Source: Tubulanus polymorphus (lineage: Eukaryota; Animalia; Nemertea). From it: a stretch of 64,000 nucleotides of DNA. The notes beneath the pieces were generated by a model that ran no database searches, was not told the DNA's origin, and saw nothing but the letters and a program-made list of their open reading frames with translations. Location: contig NC_134033.1 of NCBI RefSeq assembly GCF_964204645.1, positions 10,424,655-10,488,654 of the forward strand, read 5' to 3'. How positions within the stretch are numbered: position 1 is the stretch's first letter; each line of letters begins with the position of its first letter. Below are positions 1-7,528 of the stretch, in pieces. Both the position numbers and the translations under genes were made by a program.

Positions 1-1093
1 GTAATAAGTTATCTTCAGTTGTTCTAAAATCTAACCATAATGCATATTTATTACCGGTATAATAATCAATTTGATTAATGTTACAATTTTCAGATGATTT
101 CACTTTTTCATTCATAAAATGTTTTCTAATTTCTGGCCATTGATCAATCATTCTCATTCCTTGACAAAATATTTTATTCGCTATTCCTTCGATAGTTATT
201 TCTACTTTTGTTATTTCAGGATTATAATAATTATCAACATTTATTGCACCATTAGAATATGTTGCAATAGTAAAAAATATTAATATACCTTTAATAGATC
301 TTCTAGGAAAGTTAATATTCTCATTTATTATTTCATCATTTGCATTAATAGTTACAGTTTTAAATTTATCAATATAATCATATAATAATGAAAATCCTTG
401 ATTGTATTGAGTTTGAATTGTGCTAGCAATATTTTCATTAGTTATTGTGTTATATTCTAAACATATATTCGATAATTTATAACTCATATCTTTAACAACG
501 CTAGATAATACAATTTCATTTACAGGAGCAAATGTTATCTCAAATATAATATCTTCTTGAATTGCGTATTTATATAAAGGTGCATTATTATTTATCAATT
601 CAAAGTCTAATGGAATTTTATATTTGCTTCCATAAATCTTTTTAATCAAATTATCTGTGGCACGAGTTACTACTGCATTATTGGCTTCAGATCTTAATTT
701 ATTATGGTTTTCCGATTGGATGCCTTGAAATATCATATTATTTCTATTTTCTTTAGTTAACCATAAATCTTTATAATGCATAAATAAATTATAATCATCT
801 AATGAGAAAACTGTTTCCGGACCAATCTTTATTGTTAACTTTTTAATCAAATATCTTCCAACATTATCAACAACATAATTGTTATCATGGCCAGTTACTT
901 TTATATCGGCTGATAAATAAATACTGTTTGGAACATAAAAAGTATTTTGTGTTAATCGAGGGATTCTAACATATAAAGTTTCATCGGGATTAATATTTGA
1001 AGGGTTATGAGTAATTATATGATGTGATCTTTCTGCTTTAATAGCATTAGATATTCTATGATTCTTCGAAGGACTTATATAACTCCCACTCAT
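1..1093 (-). CDS. Major capsid protein (double jelly-roll), 3'-truncated by the window edge
   Basis: Manual translation from ATG at 1093 is open to base 1: MSGSYISPSKNHRISNAIKAERSHHIITHNPSNINPDETLYVRIP...NVGRYLIKKLTIKIG...YYNPEITKVEITIEGIANKIF...KYALWLDFRTTEDN. Beta-rich, with motifs I recognise from Polinton-like MCPs, and preceded by the element's TAAATG motif. Confidence 0.75.
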   Translation of the reverse strand, partial: MSGSYISPSKNHRISNAIKAERSHHIITHNPSNINPDETLYVRIPRLTQNTFYVPNSIYLSADIKVTGHDNNYVVDNVGRYLIKKLTIKIGPETVFSLDDYNLFMHYKDLWLTKENRNNMIFQGIQSENHNKLRSEANNAVVTRATDNLIKKIYGSKYKIPLDFELINNNAPLYKYAIQEDIIFEITFAPVNEIVLSSVVKDMSYKLSNICLEYNTITNENIASTIQTQYNQGFSLLYDYIDKFKTVTINANDEIINENINFPRRSIKGILIFFTIATYSNGAINVDNYYNPEITKVEITIEGIANKIFCQGMRMIDQWPEIRKHFMNEKVKSSENCNINQIDYYTGNKYALWLDFRTTEDNLL

Positions 1094-1137
1094 TTATTTA
1101 ACAAAAAAATTAATTATTTATTTTTTGATATCATGGT

Positions 1138-1932
1138 TTACTTGATATTTTTTGATATCATATTTACTAAACCAAAAATAATAGCACTTACAACTGTAAT
1201 TAAAAATAAAATAATATGTTCAGCAGCAAAGTTAATAATGTTTCCTGCAGATTTCAATATAAAACCAACAATTGAAGCAATAACTCCTGGTAAAGCTGCA
1301 GCAGATTTCTTTGATAGTTCCCATAAATATTTTGCTAATTTCTTTAAACCATCCTTAACTTTATCTTGTATAGAATTATTACCTGGAGGTTTATCTGGTT
1401 TGTTAGGAGTGGGAGTAGGAGTAGATTTCAAAGCATTTGATATAGCTAAACCTATTGTTGTAAATAACATAGTAACAGATGTTAGAATTGAAAGAATTGT
1501 TATTCCTTCTAATTTAAATAATAATTTTATTCTGTCTTTCAATGATATTTTAGAATCTGGTTTTATCAACAAATCTTTAAAAATAACTTTTAATCTATTA
1601 ATATTATAATCATATGATTTTAACAATAATTTAATTTCTTCTTTTTGTAATTCTATGTTATATTCTAAATCATCTTTTTCTTTTTCTAAACGTAATTCTT
1701 TTTGCCTATATTCTATTTCATCAATTACTTGATGATCTAAATCAGACTTTAATTGTTCTATTTCTTTATTTTTATCAGTTAATTCTTTTTCTAAAGTTCT
1801 AATTTTAAAATCTCTTATACTTTTATTATGTGCAATTTTATCAGATGCAAGTCTTATACTAATAATTTCTCTAATTGCTTTATCAGAAAATATATTTAAA
1901 TCTTCTAATTGTTGATTTGTCAAGTAATCCAT
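1138..1932 (-). CDS. Coiled-coil plus multi-transmembrane viral protein (probably the C-terminal part of a frameshifted gene)
   Basis: 264 aa with a long heptad-rich region, then hydrophobic segments (GITILSILTSVTMLFTTIGLAI; LPGVIASIVGFIL; IILFLITVVSAIIFGLV). Lacks the TAAATG start motif. Confidence 0.7.
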   Translation of the reverse strand: MDYLTNQQLEDLNIFSDKAIREIISIRLASDKIAHNKSIRDFKIRTLEKELTDKNKEIEQLKSDLDHQVIDEIEYRQKELRLEKEKDDLEYNIELQKEEIKLLLKSYDYNINRLKVIFKDLLIKPDSKISLKDRIKLLFKLEGITILSILTSVTMLFTTIGLAISNALKSTPTPTPNKPDKPPGNNSIQDKVKDGLKKLAKYLWELSKKSAAALPGVIASIVGFILKSAGNIINFAAEHIILFLITVVSAIIFGLVNMISKNIK

Positions 1933-2569
1933 TTGGTAAAAGTTTTACAGTTTGAACTTTATTTGATTTAAGTTTACTATTTTTGGAAGTTATATTCTGT
2001 TCAGAAGTTGTTTCTGTTTCTAAATTTTCATTAATTATCTTAAAAAATTTAGCATTTCTTTGTTTAAATTCTTTTATATTATAATCTCTTTCTTCTTGTG
2101 TAACATCAATTATAGCATCATTTTTTATTTTCTTAATTCTAGATTGTTCTAATAAATTAAAAGTTGATTGTGTTATTATTTTATCACTATTTTTAAGATT
2201 TGAAATCTTAAAATAATAGTCGCCTTTCAATTTCCAATAATATTCACCATTTAAAAATTTTAAATCTTCTACTAAATGATCCATACCTTTATTTGTTATA
2301 TTGAAACCAGATTTTTCTAATATTGGTTTAAATTTATGAATAATTTCATTATAATTGTATTCTTTTTCTGTTATTTCTGGTACTTCATTTTCAATACTTA
2401 TCTTTGAACGTGCTTTGTCAATAAATTGGGGTGTAGTTAAATTAGAATTATGTGCTGATTCATTACCATCATTAAAACTTGTTTCATCAAAATCAGGTGG
2501 TTGTTCATCAGTTATACCAGGTTCATCAAAAGGATCCATTCCAATATCTTCTACACCTTCTACATCCAT
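1883..2569 (-). CDS. Viral hypothetical protein with acidic N-terminus (probably the N-terminal part of the same gene)
   Basis: 228-aa ORF with the TAAATG start motif; overlaps the downstream ORF by 50 nt in another frame. Confidence 0.65.
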   Translation of the reverse strand: MDVEGVEDIGMDPFDEPGITDEQPPDFDETSFNDGNESAHNSNLTTPQFIDKARSKISIENEVPEITEKEYNYNEIIHKFKPILEKSGFNITNKGMDHLVEDLKFLNGEYYWKLKGDYYFKISNLKNSDKIITQSTFNLLEQSRIKKIKNDAIIDVTQEERDYNIKEFKQRNAKFFKIINENLETETTSEQNITSKNSKLKSNKVQTVKLLPNGLLDKSTIRRFKYIF

Positions 2570-2585
2570 TTATATAATAAAAAAA

Positions 2586-3887
2586 TTAAAATTTAAAATA
2601 TAATATTCCTCCGATTACAATTCCTATACAAGTTATAGCTAATTTAGTATTTTCATGGGATTTATTATCATCATTTAGTTTAATTATATCATGTTGAATA
2701 TTATCAGTTCTATTATTTTCTGATGTATTATAATCTTTTATTTTAGAATCATTATTTAATTTAATATTCTTAGTTTTAGTTTCTGTTGATTGAATGTGTT
2801 TTTTATTTTTTTCACCTTCCATTAAACTTGGAGCAGTAATAATCTTTTTATTTATATCATTCAATCCAAATGAATTATTTATTGTTGCAGTTTTAATTAG
2901 ATTATTATAACCAATTATATTTCCCATCTTCAATACTAAATCATTAGAAATAATTAATAGATTAGGGCCTATACAATAATTAAGTCTTACATGAGATTTA
3001 TCTAAATAATTTTGATATCTTATAATGTTTTCTGGAATCGATCTATTTTTATCATTATGAATTGAATCTTCAAATAAAACTTTAAACTGTTTCTGCGCAT
3101 CGAATGAAGTGTTATCATTTCCAATTATTGGGGATCTTGTTTCAACTTGAGCGCCTAAAATACATATCAAATAAATTCTAATAGATTGATTTATTCTTTG
3201 TATACCTGATTTTGTAAAACCTTCACTATTTTCTAAAATGAAATTAACCCAACCATTATTATTATCAATTTTATAATTATGATAAGCTGAAATTCTATGC
3301 ATATAATCAATTCTTTTTATTTCATACTCTTCACCAACACCTTGCAATTTACCATGCGCTCTAAAATCGGAATTAATATTTATATTAAATTCATTACATA
3401 TTTTATAAAACTTGGATATATTAATATTATTATCCAATTCTTTAAAATATTTAGACCCAGGTAAAGGACATTCTAATTCATTTAATATTATTCTGATTTG
3501 AAAATATGTGTGAAATCTAAATATTGTGTGAATTAATTTTAAATCAGAATACTTCAAATTTTTATCTAAGTTATTTAAATGATCATTCCAACTAATTCCA
3601 CATCCTGTTGTTGCACAATAAACAGCAAAATTTAATTGATTCTGCCAATATTTCATATTAGATTTTACTTTATATATATGATATTCATCTCGAGTAAAAG
3701 TAACTTCATATGTATTAAATATATTTTCCATTTTAGAAATAAAAAACTGTGATTCATTAACATAAATTTCTAAATTAGTTAATGAATTTAAAACTATATT
3801 TTTATATGTAATATTTTTCTTAAAATCTATTGCTGGAATATTATATTTAATTGATTTATTATATTGGAAAGCTTTTGGAAACCCCAT
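2586..3887 (-). CDS. Polinton-like hypothetical protein with C-terminal transmembrane anchor
   Basis: 433-aa ORF (WQNQLNFAVYCATTGCGIS, RFHTYFQIR, GIQRINQSIRIY); hydrophobic tail LAITCIGIVIGGILYF; TAAATG start motif. Confidence 0.8.
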   Translation of the reverse strand: MGFPKAFQYNKSIKYNIPAIDFKKNITYKNIVLNSLTNLEIYVNESQFFISKMENIFNTYEVTFTRDEYHIYKVKSNMKYWQNQLNFAVYCATTGCGISWNDHLNNLDKNLKYSDLKLIHTIFRFHTYFQIRIILNELECPLPGSKYFKELDNNINISKFYKICNEFNININSDFRAHGKLQGVGEEYEIKRIDYMHRISAYHNYKIDNNNGWVNFILENSEGFTKSGIQRINQSIRIYLICILGAQVETRSPIIGNDNTSFDAQKQFKVLFEDSIHNDKNRSIPENIIRYQNYLDKSHVRLNYCIGPNLLIISNDLVLKMGNIIGYNNLIKTATINNSFGLNDINKKIITAPSLMEGEKNKKHIQSTETKTKNIKLNNDSKIKDYNTSENNRTDNIQHDIIKLNDDNKSHENTKLAITCIGIVIGGILYFKF

Positions 3888-3903
3888 TTATATAACTAAA
3901 AAA

Positions 3904-4338
3904 TTAATAATTTATTAATTCTTTTAATAATTTATCTTGTTCTTCAACTGTTATATGACCATTTAAACTTATTATATAATCTAGTGTATTCTTTAATTTA
4001 TTAATTTCTTTTATATTAGTTTTGATTTTTTCTTTATTACTTTTTATATTTAATTTTGAACTTATACCAGTTAAAACACTTGAACTTAATCCTAATACAC
4101 CAATTGATATAGCTAAAGGTGTTAATGGGCTGAATATAGCTAGAAATGTTATTACAGAACTAATTGTAACCGAACCACTTATAATCAAATAATATATAAT
4201 TTTACTTTTTAGATATTTTTTCTTTTTTATCTTTAAGTCACTTTCAAATTCTAATATTTGTTTTTCTAAATATGTTTTTAATTTAGTTTTATTTATATCA
4301 TGAGGAATAATATCAATACTATCAACTTTATCTTCCAT
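3904..4338 (-). CDS. Small viral membrane protein (coiled coil, 2 TM, coiled coil)
   Basis: 144 aa with two hydrophobic segments; TAAATG start motif. Confidence 0.75.
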   Translation of the reverse strand: MEDKVDSIDIIPHDINKTKLKTYLEKQILEFESDLKIKKKKYLKSKIIYYLIISGSVTISSVITFLAIFSPLTPLAISIGVLGLSSSVLTGISSKLNIKSNKEKIKTNIKEINKLKNTLDYIISLNGHITVEEQDKLLKELINY

Positions 4339-4357
4339 TTATTTAGAATAAAAATTA

Positions 4358-4780
4358 CTAATTAGTAAACTTATAAGCAACAAATATAACAATAACAGTT
4401 CCACCTAAAATCCATATTATTTCATATTTCTGTTGTTCTTTACTTGGGGTATAATAATCTGATAATTTAGGTTTGTATAGATGTAATTTTTCTTTATTTG
4501 TTACTGCGTTATATAAACTCATTGCATCATCAACTGATTGAAAATCTCTATGTGAAATCTTCTGATCATATAATTCTTTATTGATGTAATCCATATAGTT
4601 TTGCCTCTTTTCTCTATATTCTTCTGCAGCTTTATTGTATTTCTCTAACGCTAAGTTATGTCTTCTTTGTTCTCCTAATGAACTATTTTTATCAATACGT
4701 TTAAATAAATAACCACCACCAGTAAATGCTAAAGCGTTAACAATTGCCGATCCTATAATAGTTATAATTGCAGAAGCCAT
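4358..4780 (-). CDS. Small viral protein with N- and C-terminal hydrophobic helices
   Basis: 140 aa (MASAIITIIGSAIVNALAFTGGGYLF...IIWILGGTVIVIFVAY); TAAATG start motif. Confidence 0.75.
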   Translation of the reverse strand: MASAIITIIGSAIVNALAFTGGGYLFKRIDKNSSLGEQRRHNLALEKYNKAAEEYREKRQNYMDYINKELYDQKISHRDFQSVDDAMSLYNAVTNKEKLHLYKPKLSDYYTPSKEQQKYEIIWILGGTVIVIFVAYKFTN

Positions 4781-4804
4781 TTATTTAACAAAAAAATTAT
4801 GCAT

Positions 4805-5026
4805 TTATATGGGAGGAATATATTTTTGTTTTTCCAAATAATCAATAGTTAAATTAGATAAAGTAACTGCTAATGTTAACTTTAAAATATCATTTATATC
4901 AAATCTATCAACATTAACACTTCCCATTTTGAATACTTTTTTTAATACCATTGAATAACCAACAGTTCCAACTGATAGTAATGAGCCATTATATAATCCA
5001 GTTATTATCCACTTATTATCACTCAT
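4805..5026 (-). CDS. Small hydrophobic viral protein
   Basis: 73 aa, packed between its neighbours; start context TAATAAATG. Confidence 0.65.
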   Translation of the reverse strand: MSDNKWIITGLYNGSLLSVGTVGYSMVLKKVFKMGSVNVDRFDINDILKLTLAVTLSNLTIDYLEKQKYIPPI

Positions 5027-5029
5027 TTA

Positions 5030-5386
5030 TTAATCAAAAAAATTACTATCATCAAAATATTTAGTTAACTTATTTATGATTAATTCAACATTTATTTCAT
5101 TACTAGTTTTATGATTATCATATATTTCAATTATTATTTTTTTAATATCATCGATGATAAAATCTTCATCTAATTCATAAAATCTTAAAGATTCTCTAAT
5201 TAAATTAGTAATGTTTTCTACATTTAAAATTTCTTTATCTATTGTTGTTTCATACTCAAATGTTGTTTCATTAGAAAATGCAATATTTTTGATATGTGTT
5301 ATTACATCATTAATGTTAAATTTCATTTCTTTCTCACGTTTAAAATCAAACCCAAAACATATACTCGGTCCAACAGTTATATTCAT
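5030..5386 (-). CDS. Viral hypothetical protein
   Basis: 118 aa; TAATTTTT..TAAATG start motif; abuts its neighbours. Confidence 0.6.
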   Translation of the reverse strand: MNITVGPSICFGFDFKREKEMKFNINDVITHIKNIAFSNETTFEYETTIDKEILNVENITNLIRESLRFYELDEDFIIDDIKKIIIEIYDNHKTSNEINVELIINKLTKYFDDSNFFD

Positions 5387-5402
5387 TTATAAAGGTGAAA
5401 AA

Positions 5403-6161
5403 TTACTCTTTACATCTTATAACTAATTCATAAATTACAGGAAAGTTATTCAAATCAATTAAATAACCATTATGATTTCTTATTTCTAATTTAAAATTAT
5501 TGAAATGTGGAATACAAGGTTTGAAATCACATTCGGTTAAATTATAATTTATTTGCGTTCCAAATTGTTTGACATTTTTTAATGGTAAAATATTTAATAA
5601 ACCAGAATTACAAATTGTATCTTTAGTTGCTTCAAATGTTTTTGTAGGATCGATTAAATTGCAATGAATATAAAAGTGTGTAAAAGGTATTATATTTGAG
5701 TTACCTTCTGCGTATGCTGTAACGGTATCTGGTGCAATTCCTAACAGTTTAGCTAAAGGTTTTCTTATTGTAAATTTAAATTGTTCGTCATTAGCTAACC
5801 TAATCTTTATTTTATTAGAACTAGCACTTTTTAAAATTCTAATACTAAATCCGGAATCACTTCCTAATTTAGCTCGAGCTTTTCTATTAATTTCTTGTGT
5901 TAATGTATCTAAATTATATAATCCTGGTTTTAAATATATAAAAAACCATTTATTCCTTTTTTTGTAAAAGATTGAAAAAATTAAATGTTCTAGACTTTTA
6001 TCCGATATATTATAAAAAGAATTACATAAACTTATATTAACTAATTTTAAATCTACACAATTCTTGAATTCTCTATCTAATTGTACTAGTAAATTATGAG
6101 ATTTATAATTTGTAAGTTTTCTAGAATCAATAAATATTCTGTATTCTTTTAATTCTACCAT
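5403..6161 (-). CDS. Minor capsid protein (penton, single jelly-roll)
   Basis: 252 aa with typical penton motifs IFIDSR, SFYNI, PGLYNL, LAKLLG, FYIHCNLI, LEIRNHNGYLIDLNN..YELVI. Confidence 0.8.
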   Translation of the reverse strand: MVELKEYRIFIDSRKLTNYKSHNLLVQLDREFKNCVDLKLVNISLCNSFYNISDKSLEHLIFSIFYKKRNKWFFIYLKPGLYNLDTLTQEINRKARAKLGSDSGFSIRILKSASSNKIKIRLANDEQFKFTIRKPLAKLLGIAPDTVTAYAEGNSNIIPFTHFYIHCNLIDPTKTFEATKDTICNSGLLNILPLKNVKQFGTQINYNLTECDFKPCIPHFNNFKLEIRNHNGYLIDLNNFPVIYELVIRCKE

Positions 6162-6229
6162 TATTTATAACATAAAAAAATTACCGCTCATCACTAAAAA
6201 TTAATTTTAATAAAATTTTTCCTAAATAA
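6162..6229. promoter_or_regulatory. Divergent viral promoter region (penton / VLTF3-like)
   Basis: 68-bp intergenic region carrying AATTTTT..TAAAT(A)ATG-type motifs in both directions, plus CTCATCAC. Confidence 0.55.
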
Positions 6230-7528
6230 ATGGATGAGAAGATAGCATGCGAAATTTGTGGTGAACTTCTAAGAAAAAGTAATAAGGCTCGACATATGAA
6301 AAAACATGATGAAAATTATAAACCCCCTAAAATAAACTGTCCAAAATGTAATAAATTATTCTTAAGAAATTATGTTAAAAAACATTCAGAGAAGTGTAGA
6401 ATTAATGGCGCAACGGCTAATGTTGATAGTAATTCTGCTGAAGTTGAACCTGAAGTTATTTGGAAAAGACCTTTCTTATTCTATGATAAGGATAATGTAA
6501 AAGATCATTTCTGTGAGCCTTGTCAAGTAAAATATAGCCCTGAAAATATAGAAGATTGGGAGAATCATCAATTTCGTAAAGCACATATAGATAAAATTTC
6601 TAATAAATTTGAAACTGAATTCAATGAAAGAAAAAATAATTTATTAGAAAAAATAAAATATGAGAAAACGTTACCAGATAATAAAGAAACAGTTGAAAAG
6701 TTAGAAAAACAATATAATGAATTAACAAGAAAAACATATTATTGTAAATATTGTAAATTGATTATTACAACAAGTAATTCAAATCTACATAATAGAACAA
6801 TAAAACATAAAGAAAACGTAAGAAAATACCAAGAGCTTAATGAAGATCTATTACCAAGAAATTATAAACAAAAATGCCCACAATGTAGTTATGCGACCTT
6901 AAGGCAAGAAGGTACTGTGTTATTTTGTGTTGAATGTGGATGGCAAAAGAATTTATGGGGTGAAGAAAAAACTAGAGATTTTCTCATAGAACCAAAATTA
7001 AATTATCTAGATGAAATTTTTAAAATATTTTCTATAGAAGATCATACACCAGAATATATGCAATGGCTTGAAAAAATGAAAATAATAGAAAATAAAAATG
7101 GTGAAATAACTAAAAAAGATATTATAAAAACAATTATTCCACCAACATTTAACACAAAACAAAAGAAAATGTATTTATATTTATTATTTAACGATTATTA
7201 TGAAAAACCTAAATTAACAGAAGAAGATATGGATAATATAAAAAAAATATTTAAACAAATATTAATGTATCATTTGGAAAATAGAATAACAGATTCAATA
7301 AATTATGAATTCTTTTTAAATAAGATTGTAAATTATTTAAACCTAGATATTATAATTCCATTTGATGAATTAACAAACAAAAAGAAACAAAGAGAGCGAG
7401 ATGAAATGTGGAACAAGATAGAACTTTATTTAAATGAGAAAAATGGAATGGAAGAAGAACCTGAACAATTAAATGAAAATGAAGAAGCCAATAGTGATTT
7501 CGAGTTTGATGATATAGATCCATTTTAA
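6230..7528 (+). CDS. Multi-zinc-finger protein with C-terminal poxvirus VLTF3 (A2)-like late transcription factor domain
   Basis: Four C2H2/C2HC fingers, a zinc ribbon CPQC..CVECG, then PKLTEEDMDNIKKIFKQI..INYEFFLNKIVNYL..KKKQRERDEMWNKI, which matches the VLTF3 C-terminal pattern by eye. Confidence 0.7.
   Translation: MDEKIACEICGELLRKSNKARHMKKHDENYKPPKINCPKCNKLFLRNYVKKHSEKCRINGATANVDSNSAEVEPEVIWKRPFLFYDKDNVKDHFCEPCQVKYSPENIEDWENHQFRKAHIDKISNKFETEFNERKNNLLEKIKYEKTLPDNKETVEKLEKQYNELTRKTYYCKYCKLIITTSNSNLHNRTIKHKENVRKYQELNEDLLPRNYKQKCPQCSYATLRQEGTVLFCVECGWQKNLWGEEKTRDFLIEPKLNYLDEIFKIFSIEDHTPEYMQWLEKMKIIENKNGEITKKDIIKTIIPPTFNTKQKKMYLYLLFNDYYEKPKLTEEDMDNIKKIFKQILMYHLENRITDSINYEFFLNKIVNYLNLDIIIPFDELTNKKKQRERDEMWNKIELYLNEKNGMEEEPEQLNENEEANSDFEFDDIDPF

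Noticed and set aside
1112-1162. Short duplication of ttttttgatatcat at the end of ORF 1138
   Set aside because: A small local duplication of the gene end with no evident function.
1058-1609. 183-aa plus-strand ORF (also 2355..2603, 5211..5426, 9832..10017)
   Set aside because: Antisense shadows of the real minus-strand viral genes; no start motif.
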